64,000 nt of DNA, taken from the NCBI GenBank assembly GCA_000004985.1, contig GG738852.1; one strand, 5' to 3'. Shown here one piece after another: positions 41,001 to 53,000 of the stretch. The translations under genes and the position numbers were made by a program. The notes beneath the pieces are model-generated. The model did no database searches, had not been told where the DNA came from, and worked only from the letters and a program-made list of their open reading frames with translations. This DNA is from Naegleria gruberi (Eukaryota). Position 1 is the stretch's first letter. Every line of letters begins with the position of its first letter.

Positions 41001-44000
41001 NNNNNNNNNNNNNNNNNNNNNNNNNNNNNNNNNNNNNNNNNNNNNNNNNNNNNNNNNNNNNNNNNNNNNNNNNNNNNNNNNNNNNNNNNNNNNNNNNNNN
41101 NNNNNNNNNNNNNNNNNNNNNNNNNNNNNNNNNNNNNNNNNNNNNNNNNNNNNNNNNNNNNNNNNNNNNNNNNNNNNNNNNNNNNNNNNNNNNNNNNNNN
41201 NNNNNNNNNNNNNNNNNNNNNNNNNNNNNNNNNNNNNNNNNNNNNNNNNNNNNNNNNNNNNNNNNNNNNNNNNNNNNNNNNNNNNNNNNNNNNNNNNNNN
41301 NNNNNNNNNNNNNNNNNNNNNNNNNNNNNNNNNNNNNNNNNNNNNNNNNNNNNNNNNNNNNNNNNNNNNNNNNNNNNNNNNNNNNNNNNNNNNNNNNNNN
41401 NNNNNNNNNNNNNNNNNNNNNNNNNNNNNNNNNNNNNNNNNNNNNNNNNNNNNNNNNNNNNNNNNNNNNNNNNNNNNNNNNNNNNNNNNNNNNNNNNNNN
41501 NNNNNNNNNNNNNNNNNNNNNNNNNNNNNNNNNNNNNNNNNNNNNNNNNNNNNNNNNNNNNNNNNNNNNNNNNNNNNNNNNNNNNNNNNNNNNNNNNNNN
41601 NNNNNNNNNNNNNNNNNNNNNNNNNNNNNNNNNNNNNNNNNNNNNNNNNNNNNNNNNNNNNNNNNNNNNNNNNNNNNNNNNNNNNNNNNNNNNNNNNNNN
41701 NNNNNNNNNNNNNNNNNNNNNNNNNNNNNNNNNNNNNNNNNNNNNNNNNNNNNNNNNNNNNNNNNNNNNNNNNNNNNNNNNNNNNNNNNNNNNNNNNNNN
41801 NNNNNNNNNNNNNNNNNNNNNNNNNNNNNNNNNNNNNNNNNNNNNNNNNNNNNNNNNNNNNNNNNNNNNNNNNNNNNNNNNNNNNNNNNNNNNNNNNNNN
41901 NNNNNNNNNNNNNNNNNNNNNNNNNNNNNNNNNNNNNNNNNNNNNNNNNNNNNNNNNNNNNNNNNNNNNNNNNNNNNNNNNNNNNNNNNNNNNNNNNNNN
42001 NNNNNNNNNNNNNNNNNNNNNNNNNNNNNNNNNNNNNNNNNNNNNNNNNNNNNNNNNNNNNNNNNNNNNNNNNNNNNNNNNNNNNNNNNNNNNNNNNNNN
42101 NNNNNNNNNNNNNNNNNNNNNNNNNNNNNNNNNNNNNNNNNNNNNNNNNNNNNNNNNNNNNNNNNNNNNNNNNNNNNNNNNNNNNNNNNNNNNNNNNNNN
42201 NNNNNNNNNNNNNNNNNNNNNNNNNNNNNNNNNNNNNNNNNNNNNNNNNNNNNNNNNNNNNNNNNNNNNNNNNNNNNNNNNNNNNNNNNNNNNNNNNNNN
42301 NNNNNNNNNNNNNNNNNNNNNNNNNNNNNNNNNNNNNNNNNNNNNNNNNNNNNNNNNNNNNNNNNNNNNNNNNNNNNNNNNNNNNNNNNNNNNNNNNNNN
42401 NNNNNNNNNNNNNNNNNNNNNNNNNNNNNNNNNNNNNNNNNNNNNNNNNNNNNNNNNNNNNNNNNNNNNNNNNNNNNNNNNNNNNNNNNNNNNNNNNNNN
42501 NNNNNNNNNNNNNNNNNNNNNNNNNNNNNNNNNNNNNNNNNNNNNNNNNNNNNNNNNNNNNNNNNNNNNNNNNNNNNNNNNNNNNNNNNNNNNNNNNNNN
42601 NNNNNNNNNNNNNNNNNNNNNNNNNNNNNNNNNNNNNNNNNNNNNNNNNNNNNNNNNNNNNNNNNNNNNNNNNNNNNNNNNNNNNNNNNNNNNNNNNNNN
42701 NNNNNNNNNNNNNNNNNNNNNNNNNNNNNNNNNNNNNNNNNNNNNNNNNNNNNNNNNNNNNNNNNNNNNNNNNNNNNNNNNNNNNNNNNNNNNNNNNNNN
42801 NNNNNNNNNNNNNNNNNNNNNNNNNNNNNNNNNNNNNNNNNNNNNNNNNNNNNNNNNNNNNNNNNNNNNNNNNNNNNNNNNNNNNNNNNNNNNNNNNNNN
42901 NNNNNNNNNNNNNNNNNNNNNNNNNNNNNNNNNNNNNNNNNNNNNNNNNNNNNNNNNNNNNNNNNNNNNNNNNNNNNNNNNNNNNNNNNNNNNNNNNNNN
43001 NNNNNNNNNNNNNNNNNNNNNNNNNNNNNNNNNNNNNNNNNNNNNNNNNNNNNNNNNNNNNNNNNNNNNNNNNNNNNNNNNNNNNNNNNNNNNNNNNNNN
43101 NNNNNNNNNNNNNNNNNNNNNNNNNNNNNNNNNNNNNNNNNNNNNNNNNNNNNNNNNNNNNNNNNNNNNNNNNNNNNNNNNNNNNNNNNNNNNNNNNNNN
43201 NNNNNNNNNNNNNNNNNNNNNNNNNNNNNNNNNNNNNNNNNNNNNNNNNNNNNNNNNNNNNNNNNNNNNNNNNNNNNNNNNNNNNNNNNNNNNNNNNNNN
43301 NNNNNNNNNNNNNNNNNNNNNNNNNNNNNNNNNNNNNNNNNNNNNNNNNNNNNNNNNNNNNNNNNNNNNNNNNNNNNNNNNNNNNNNNNNNNNNNNNNNN
43401 NNNNNNNNNNNNNNNNNNNNNNNNNNNNNNNNNNNNNNNNNNNNNNNNNNNNNNNNNNNNNNNNNNNNNNNNNNNNNNNNNNNNNNNNNNNNNNNNNNNN
43501 NNNNNNNNNNNNNNNNNNNNNNNNNNNNNNNNNNNNNNNNNNNNNNNNNNNNNNNNNNNNNNNNNNNNNNNNNNNNNNNNNNNNNNNNNNNNNNNNNNNN
43601 NNNNNNNNNNNNNNNNNNNNNNNNNNNNNNNNNNNNNNNNNNNNNNNNNNNNNNNNNNNNNNNNNNNNNNNNNNNNNNNNNNNNNNNNNNNNNNNNNNNN
43701 NNNNNNNNNNNNNNNNNNNNNNNNNNNNNNNNNNNNNNNNNNNNNNNNNNNNNNNNNNNNNNNNNNNNNNNNNNNNNNNNNNNNNNNNNNNNNNNNNNNN
43801 NNNNNNNNNNNNNNNNNNNNNNNNNNNNNNNNNNNNNNNNNNNNNNNNNNNNNNNNNNNNNNNNNNNNNNNNNNNNNNNNNNNNNNNNNNNNNNNNNNNN
43901 NNNNNNNNNNNNNNNNNNNNNNNNNNNNNNNNNNNNNNNNNNNNNNNNNNNNNNNNNNNNNNNNNNNNNNNNNNNNNNNNNNNNNNNNNNNNNNNNNNNN

Positions 44001-47000
44001 NNNNNNNNNNNNNNNNNNNNNNNNNNNNNNNNNNNNNNNNNNNNNNNNNNNNNNNNNNNNNNNNNNNNNNNNNNNNNNNNNNNNNNNNNNNNNNNNNNNN
44101 NNNNNNNNNNNNNNNNNNNNNNNNNNNNNNNNNNNNNNNNNNNNNNNNNNNNNNNNNNNNNNNNNNNNNNNNNNNNNNNNNNNNNNNNNNNNNNNNNNNN
44201 NNNNNNNNNNNNNNNNNNNNNNNNNNNNNNNNNNNNNNNNNNNNNNNNNNNNNNNNNNNNNNNNNNNNNNNNNNNNNNNNNNNNNNNNNNNNNNNNNNNN
44301 NNNNNNNNNNNNNNNNNNNNNNNNNNNNNNNNNNNNNNNNNNNNNNNNNNNNNNNNNNNNNNNNNNNNNNNNNNNNNNNNNNNNNNNNNNNNNNNNNNNN
44401 NNNNNNNNNNNNNNNNNNNNNNNNNNNNNNNNNNNNNNNNNNNNNNNNNNNNNNNNNNNNNNNNNNNNNNNNNNNNNNNNNNNNNNNNNNNNNNNNNNNN
44501 NNNNNNNNNNNNNNNNNNNNNNNNNNNNNNNNNNNNNNNNNNNNNNNNNNNNNNNNNNNNNNNNNNNNNNNNNNNNNNNNNNNNNNNNNNNNNNNNNNNN
44601 NNNNNNNNNNNNNNNNNNNNNNNNNNNNNNNNNNNNNNNNNNNNNNNNNNNNNNNNNNNNNNNNNNNNNNNNNNNNNNNNNNNNNNNNNNNNNNNNNNNN
44701 NNNNNNNNNNNNNNNNNNNNNNNNNNNNNNNNNNNNNNNNNNNNNNNNNNNNNNNNNNNNNNNNNNNNNNNNNNNNNNNNNNNNNNNNNNNNNNNNNNNN
44801 NNNNNNNNNNNNNNNNNNNNNNNNNNNNNNNNNNNNNNNNNNNNNNNNNNNNNNNNNNNNNNNNNNNNNNNNNNNNNNNNNNNNNNNNNNNNNNNNNNNN
44901 NNNNNNNNNNNNNNNNNNNNNNNNNNNNNNNNNNNNNNNNNNNNNNNNNNNNNNNNNNNNNNNNNNNNNNNNNNNNNNNNNNNNNNNNNNNNNNNNNNNN
45001 NNNNNNNNNNNNNNNNNNNNNNNNNNNNNNNNNNNNNNNNNNNNNNNNNNNNNNNNNNNNNNNNNNNNNNNNNNNNNNNNNNNNNNNNNNNNNNNNNNNN
45101 NNNNNNNNNNNNNNNNNNNNNNNNNNNNNNNNNNNNNNNNNNNNNNNNNNNNNNNNNNNNNNNNNNNNNNNNNNNNNNNNNNNNNNNNNNNNNNNNNNNN
45201 NNNNNNNNNNNNNNNNNNNNNNNNNNNNNNNNNNNNNNNNNNNNNNNNNNNNNNNNNNNNNNNNNNNNNNNNNNNNNNNNNNNNNNNNNNNNNNNNNNNN
45301 NNNNNNNNNNNNNNNNNNNNNNNNNNNNNNNNNNNNNNNNNNNNNNNNNNNNNNNNNNNNNNNNNNNNNNNNNNNNNNNNNNNNNNNNNNNNNNNNNNNN
45401 NNNNNNNNNNNNNNNNNNNNNNNNNNNNNNNNNNNNNNNNNNNNNNNNNNNNNNNNNNNNNNNNNNNNNNNNNNNNNNNNNNNNNNNNNNNNNNNNNNNN
45501 NNNNNNNNNNNNNNNNNNNNNNNNNNNNNNNNNNNNNNNNNNNNNNNNNNNNNNNNNNNNNNNNNNNNNNNNNNNNNNNNNNNNNNNNNNNNNNNNNNNN
45601 NNNNNNNNNNNNNNNNNNNNNNNNNNNNNNNNNNNNNNNNNNNNNNNNNNNNNNNNNNNNNNNNNNNNNNNNNNNNNNNNNNNNNNNNNNNNNNNNNNNN
45701 NNNNNNNNNNNNNNNNNNNNNNNNNNNNNNNNNNNNNNNNNNNNNNNNNNNNNNNNNNNNNNNNNNNNNNNNNNNNNNNNNNNNNNNNNNNNNNNNNNNN
45801 NNNNNNNNNNNNNNNNNNNNNNNNNNNNNNNNNNNNNNNNNNNNNNNNNNNNNNNNNNNNNNNNNNNNNNNNNNNNNNNNNNNNNNNNNNNNNNNNNNNN
45901 NNNNNNNNNNNNNNNNNNNNNNNNNNNNNNNNNNNNNNNNNNNNNNNNNNNNNNNNNNNNNNNNNNNNNNNNNNNNNNNNNNNNNNNNNNNNNNNNNNNN
46001 NNNNNNNNNNNNNNNNNNNNNNNNNNNNNNNNNNNNNNNNNNNNNNNNNNNNNNNNNNNNNNNNNNNNNNNNNNNNNNNNNNNNNNNNNNNNNNNNNNNN
46101 NNNNNNNNNNNNNNNNNNNNNNNNNNNNNNNNNNNNNNNNNNNNNNNNNNNNNNNNNNNNNNNNNNNNNNNNNNNNNNNNNNNNNNNNNNNNNNNNNNNN
46201 NNNNNNNNNNNNNNNNNNNNNNNNNNNNNNNNNNNNNNNNNNNNNNNNNNNNNNNNNNNNNNNNNNNNNNNNNNNNNNNNNNNNNNNNNNNNNNNNNNNN
46301 NNNNNNNNNNNNNNNNNNNNNNNNNNNNNNNNNNNNNNNNNNNNNNNNNNNNNNNNNNNNNNNNNNNNNNNNNNNNNNNNNNNNNNNNNNNNNNNNNNNN
46401 NNNNNNNNNNNNNNNNNNNNNNNNNNNNNNNNNNNNNNNNNNNNNNNNNNNNNNNNNNNNNNNNNNNNNNNNNNNNNNNNNNNNNNNNNNNNNNNNNNNN
46501 NNNNNNNNNNNNNNNNNNNNNNNNNNNNNNNNNNNNNNNNNNNNNNNNNNNNNNNNNNNNNNNNNNNNNNNNNNNNNNNNNNNNNNNNNNNNNNNNNNNN
46601 NNNNNNNNNNNNNNNNNNNNNNNNNNNNNNNNNNNNNNNNNNNNNNNNNNNNNNNNNNNNNNNNNNNNNNNNNNNNNNNNNNNNNNNNNNNNNNNNNNNN
46701 NNNNNNNNNNNNNNNNNNNNNNNNNNNNNNNNNNNNNNNNNNNNNNNNNNNNNNNNNNNNNNNNNNNNNNNNNNNNNNNNNNNNNNNNNNNNNNNNNNNN
46801 NNNNNNNNNNNNNNNNNNNNNNNNNNNNNNNNNNNNNNNNNNNNNNNNNNNNNNNNNNNNNNNNNNNNNNNNNNNNNNNNNNNNNNNNNNNNNNNNNNNN
46901 NNNNNNNNNNNNNNNNNNNNNNNNNNNNNNNNNNNNNNNNNNNNNNNNNNNNNNNNNNNNNNNNNNNNNNNNNNNNNNNNNNNNNNNNNNNNNNNNNNNN

Positions 47001-50000
47001 NNNNNNNNNNNNNNNNNNNNNNNNNNNNNNNNNNNNNNNNNNNNNNNNNNNNNNNNNNNNNNNNNNNNNNNNNNNNNNNNNNNNNNNNNNNNNNNNNNNN
47101 NNNNNNNNNNNNNNNNNNNNNNNNNNNNNNNNNNNNNNNNNNNNNNNNNNNNNNNNNNNNNNNNNNNNNNNNNNNNNNNNNNNNNNNNNNNNNNNNNNNN
47201 NNNNNNNNNNNNNNNNNNNNNNNNNNNNNNNNNNNNNNNNNNNNNNNNNNNNNNNNNNNNNNNNNNNNNNNNNNNNNNNNNNNNNNNNNNNNNNNNNNNN
47301 NNNNNNNNNNNNNNNNNNNNNNNNNNNNNNNNNNNNNNNNNNNNNNNNNNNNNNNNNNNNNNNNNNNNNNNNNNNNNNNNNNNNNNNNNNNNNNNNNNNN
47401 NNNNNNNNNNNNNNNNNNNNNNNNNNNNNNNNNNNNNNNNNNNNNNNNNNNNNNNNNNNNNNNNNNNNNNNNNNNNNNNNNNNNNNNNNNNNNNNNNNNN
47501 NNNNNNNNNNNNNNNNNNNNNNNNNNNNNNNNNNNNNNNNNNNNNNNNNNNNNNNNNNNNNNNNNNNNNNNNNNNNNNNNNNNNNNNNNNNNNNNNNNNN
47601 NNNNNNNNNNNNNNNNNNNNNNNNNNNNNNNNNNNNNNNNNNNNNNNNNNNNNNNNNNNNNNNNNNNNNNNNNNNNNNNNNNNNNNNNNNNNNNNNNNNN
47701 NNNNNNNNNNNNNNNNNNNNNNNNNNNNNNNNNNNNNNNNNNNNNNNNNNNNNNNNNNNNNNNNNNNNNNNNNNNNNNNNNNNNNNNNNNNNNNNNNNNN
47801 NNNNNNNNNNNNNNNNNNNNNNNNNNNNNNNNNNNNNNNNNNNNNNNNNNNNNNNNNNNNNNNNNNNNNNNNNNNNNNNNNNNNNNNNNNNNNNNNNNNN
47901 NNNNNNNNNNNNNNNNNNNNNNNNNNNNNNNNNNNNNNNNNNNNNNNNNNNNNNNNNNNNNNNNNNNNNNNNNNNNNNNNNNNNNNNNNNNNNNNNNNNN
48001 NNNNNNNNNNNNNNNNNNNNNNNNNNNNNNNNNNNNNNNNNNNNNNNNNNNNNNNNNNNNNNNNNNNNNNNNNNNNNNNNNNNNNNNNNNNNNNNNNNNN
48101 NNNNNNNNNNNNNNNNNNNNNNNNNNNNNNNNNNNNNNNNNNNNNNNNNNNNNNNNNNNNNNNNNNNNNNNNNNNNNNNNNNNNNNNNNNNNNNNNNNNN
48201 NNNNNNNNNNNNNNNNNNNNNNNNNNNNNNNNNNNNNNNNNNNNNNNNNNNNNNNNNNNNNNNNNNNNNNNNNNNNNNNNNNNNNNNNNNNNNNNNNNNN
48301 NNNNNNNNNNNNNNNNNNNNNNNNNNNNNNNNNNNNNNNNNNNNNNNNNNNNNNNNNNNNNNNNNNNNNNNNNNNNNNNNNNNNNNNNNNNNNNNNNNNN
48401 NNNNNNNNNNNNNNNNNNNNNNNNNNNNNNNNNNNNNNNNNNNNNNNNNNNNNNNNNNNNNNNNNNNNNNNNNNNNNNNNNNNNNNNNNNNNNNNNNNNN
48501 NNNNNNNNNNNNNNNNNNNNNNNNNNNNNNNNNNNNNNNNNNNNNNNNNNNNNNNNNNNNNNNNNNNNNNNNNNNNNNNNNNNNNNNNNNNNNNNNNNNN
48601 NNNNNNNNNNNNNNNNNNNNNNNNNNNNNNNNNNNNNNNNNNNNNNNNNNNNNNNNNNNNNNNNNNNNNNNNNNNNNNNNNNNNNNNNNNNNNNNNNNNN
48701 NNNNNNNNNNNNNNNNNNNNNNNNNNNNNNNNNNNNNNNNNNNNNNNNNNNNNNNNNNNNNNNNNNNNNNNNNNNNNNNNNNNNNNNNNNNNNNNNNNNN
48801 NNNNNNNNNNNNNNNNNNNNNNNNNNNNNNNNNNNNNNNNNNNNNNNNNNNNNNNNNNNNNNNNNNNNNNNNNNNNNNNNNNNNNNNNNNNNNNNNNNNN
48901 NNNNNNNNNNNNNNNNNNNNNNNNNNNNNNNNNNNNNNNNNNNNNNNNNNNNNNNNNNNNNNNNNNNNNNNNNNNNNNNNNNNNNNNNNNNNNNNNNNNN
49001 NNNNNNNNNNNNNNNNNNNNNNNNNNNNNNNNNNNNNNNNNNNNNNNNNNNNNNNNNNNNNNNNNNNNNNNNNNNNNNNNNNNNNNNNNNNNNNNNNNNN
49101 NNNNNNNNNNNNNNNNNNNNNNNNNNNNNNNNNNNNNNNNNNNNNNNNNNNNNNNNNNNNNNNNNNNNNNNNNNNNNNNNNNNNNNNNNNNNNNNNNNNN
49201 NNNNNNNNNNNNNNNNNNNNNNNNNNNNNNNNNNNNNNNNNNNNNNNNNNNNNNNNNNNNNNNNNNNNNNNNNNNNNNNNNNNNNNNNNNNNNNNNNNNN
49301 NNNNNNNNNNNNNNNNNNNNNNNNNNNNNNNNNNNNNNNNNNNNNNNNNNNNNNNNNNNNNNNNNNNNNNNNNNNNNNNNNNNNNNNNNNNNNNNNNNNN
49401 NNNNNNNNNNNNNNNNNNNNNNNNNNNNNNNNNNNNNNNNNNNNNNNNNNNNNNNNNNNNNNNNNNNNNNNNNNNNNNNNNNNNNNNNNNNNNNNNNNNN
49501 NNNNNNNNNNNNNNNNNNNNNNNNNNNNNNNNNNNNNNNNNNNNNNNNNNNNNNNNNNNNNNNNNNNNNNNNNNNNNNNNNNNNNNNNNNNNNNNNNNNN
49601 NNNNNNNNNNNNNNNNNNNNNNNNNNNNNNNNNNNNNNNNNNNNNNNNNNNNNNNNNNNNNNNNNNNNNNNNNNNNNNNNNNNNNNNNNNNNNNNNNNNN
49701 NNNNNNNNNNNNNNNNNNNNNNNNNNNNNNNNNNNNNNNNNNNNNNNNNNNNNNNNNNNNNNNNNNNNNNNNNNNNNNNNNNNNNNNNNNNNNNNNNNNN
49801 NNNNNNNNNNNNNNNNNNNNNNNNNNNNNNNNNNNNNNNNNNNNNNNNNNNNNNNNNNNNNNNNNNNNNNNNNNNNNNNNNNNNNNNNNNNNNNNNNNNN
49901 NNNNNNNNNNNNNNNNNNNNNNNNNNNNNNNNNNNNNNNNNNNNNNNNNNNNNNNNNNNNNNNNNNNNNNNNNNNNNNNNNNNNNNNNNNNNNNNNNNNN

Positions 50001-53000
50001 NNNNNNNNNNNNNNNNNNNNNNNNNNNNNNNNNNNNNNNNNNNNNNNNNNNNNNNNNNNNNNNNNNNNNNNNNNNNNNNNNNNNNNNNNNNNNNNNNNNN
50101 NNNNNNNNNNNNNNNNNNNNNNNNNNNNNNNNNNNNNNNNNNNNNNNNNNNNNNNNNNNNNNNNNNNNNNNNNNNNNNNNNNNNNNNNNNNNNNNNNNNN
50201 NNNNNNNNNNNNNNNNNNNNNNNNNNNNNNNNNNNNNNNNNNNNNNNNNNNNNNNNNNNNNNNNNNNNNNNNNNNNNNNNNNNNNNNNNNNNNNNNNNNN
50301 NNNNNNNNNNNNNNNNNNNNNNNNNNNNNNNNNNNNNNNNNNNNNNNNNNNNNNNNNNNNNNNNNNNNNNNNNNNNNNNNNNNNNNNNNNNNNNNNNNNN
50401 NNNNNNNNNNNNNNNNNNNNNNNNNNNNNNNNNNNNNNNNNNNNNNNNNNNNNNNNNNNNNNNNNNNNNNNNNNNNNNNNNNNNNNNNNNNNNNNNNNNN
50501 NNNNNNNNNNNNNNNNNNNNNNNNNNNNNNNNNNNNNNNNNNNNNNNNNNNNNNNNNNNNNNNNNNNNNNNNNNNNNNNNNNNNNNNNNNNNNNNNNNNN
50601 NNNNNNNNNNNNNNNNNNNNNNNNNNNNNNNNNNNNNNNNNNNNNNNNNNNNNNNNNNNNNNNNNNNNNNNNNNNNNNNNNNNNNNNNNNNNNNNNNNNN
50701 NNNNNNNNNNNNNNNNNNNNNNNNNNNNNNNNNNNNNNNNNNNNNNNNNNNNNNNNNNNNNNNNNNNNNNNNNNNNNNNNNNNNNNNNNNNNNNNNNNNN
50801 NNNNNNNNNNNNNNNNNNNNNNNNNNNNNNNNNNNNNNNNNNNNNNNNNNNNNNNNNNNNNNNNNNNNNNNNNNNNNNNNNNNNNNNNNNNNNNNNNNNN
50901 NNNNNNNNNNNNNNNNNNNNNNNNNNNNNNNNNNNNNNNNNNNNNNNNNNNNNNNNNNNNNNNNNNNNNNNNNNNNNNNNNNNNNNNNNNNNNNNNNNNN
51001 NNNNNNNNNNNNNNNNNNNNNNNNNNNNNNNNNNNNNNNNNNNNNNNNNNNNNNNNNNNNNNNNNNNNNNNNNNNNNNNNNNNNNNNNNNNNNNNNNNNN
51101 NNNNNNNNNNNNNNNNNNNNNNNNNNNNNNNNNNNNNNNNNNNNNNNNNNNNNNNNNNNNNNNNNNNNNNNNNNNNNNNNNNNNNNNNNNNNNNNNNNNN
51201 NNNNNNNNNNNNNNNNNNNNNNNNNNNNNNNNNNNNNNNNNNNNNNNNNNNNNNNNNNNNNNNNNNNNNNNNNNNNNNNNNNNNNNNNNNNNNNNNNNNN
51301 NNNNNNNNNNNNNNNNNNNNNNNNNNNNNNNNNNNNNNNNNNNNNNNNNNNNNNNNNNNNNNNNNNNNNNNNNNNNNNNNNNNNNNNNNNNNNNNNNNNN
51401 NNNNNNNNNNNNNNNNNNNNNNNNNNNNNNNNNNNNNNNNNNNNNNNNNNNNNNNNNNNNNNNNNNNNNNNNNNNNNNNNNNNNNNNNNNNNNNNNNNNN
51501 NNNNNNNNNNNNNNNNNNNNNNNNNNNNNNNNNNNNNNNNNNNNNNNNNNNNNNNNNNNNNNNNNNNNNNNNNNNNNNNNNNNNNNNNNNNNNNNNNNNN
51601 NNNNNNNNNNNNNNNNNNNNNNNNNNNNNNNNNNNNNNNNNNNNNNNNNNNNNNNNNNNNNNNNNNNNNNNNNNNNNNNNNNNNNNNNNNNNNNNNNNNN
51701 NNNNNNNNNNNNNNNNNNNNNNNNNNNNNNNNNNNNNNNNNNNNNNNNNNNNNNNNNNNNNNNNNNNNNNNNNNNNNNNNNNNNNNNNNNNNNNNNNNNN
51801 NNNNNNNNNNNNNNNNNNNNNNNNNNNNNNNNNNNNNNNNNNNNNNNNNNNNNNNNNNNNNNNNNNNNNNNNNNNNNNNNNNNNNNNNNNNNNNNNNNNN
51901 NNNNNNNNNNNNNNNNNNNNNNNNNNNNNNNNNNNNNNNNNNNNNNNNNNNNNNNNNNNNNNNNNNNNNNNNNNNNNNNNNNNNNNNNNNNNNNNNNNNN
52001 NNNNNNNNNNNNNNNNNNNNNNNNNNNNNNNNNNNNNNNNNNNNNNNNNNNNNNNNNNNNNNNNNNNNNNNNNNNNNNNNNNNNNNNNNNNNNNNNNNNN
52101 NNNNNNNNNNNNNNNNNNNNNNNNNNNNNNNNNNNNNNNNNNNNNNNNNNNNNNNNNNNNNNNNNNNNNNNNNNNNNNNNNNNNNNNNNNNNNNNNNNNN
52201 NNNNNNNNNNNNNNNNNNNNNNNNNNNNNNNNNNNNNNNNNNNNNNNNNNNNNNNNNNNNNNNNNNNNNNNNNNNNNNNNNNNNNNNNNNNNNNNNNNNN
52301 NNNNNNNNNNNNNNNNNNNNNNNNNNNNNNNNNNNNNNNNNNNNNNNNNNNNNNNNNNNNNNNNNNNNNNNNNNNNNNNNNNNNNNNNNNNNNNNNNNNN
52401 NNNNNNNNNNNNNNNNNNNNNNNNNNNNNNNNNNNNNNNNNNNNNNNNNNNNNNNNNNNNNNNNNNNNNNNNNNNNNNNNNNNNNNNNNNNNNNNNNNNN
52501 NNNNNNNNNNNNNNNNNNNNNNNNNNNNNNNNNNNNNNNNNNNNNNNNNNNNNNNNNNNNNNNNNNNNNNNNNNNNNNNNNNNNNNNNNNNNNNNNNNNN
52601 NNNNNNNNNNNNNNNNNNNNNNNNNNNNNNNNNNNNNNNNNNNNNNNNNNNNNNNNNNNNNNNNNNNNNNNNNNNNNNNNNNNNNNNNNNNNNNNNNNNN
52701 NNNNNNNNNNNNNNNNNNNNNNNNNNNNNNNNNNNNNNNNNNNNNNNNNNNNNNNNNNNNNNNNNNNNNNNNNNNNNNNNNNNNNNNNNNNNNNNNNNNN
52801 NNNNNNNNNNNNNNNNNNNNNNNNNNNNNNNNNNNNNNNNNNNNNNNNNNNNNNNNNNNNNNNNNNNNNNNNNNNNNNNNNNNNNNNNNNNNNNNNNNNN
52901 NNNNNNNNNNNNNNNNNNNNNNNNNNNNNNNNNNNNNNNNNNNNNNNNNNNNNNNNNNNNNNNNNNNNNNNNNNNNNNNNNNNNNNNNNNNNNNNNNNNN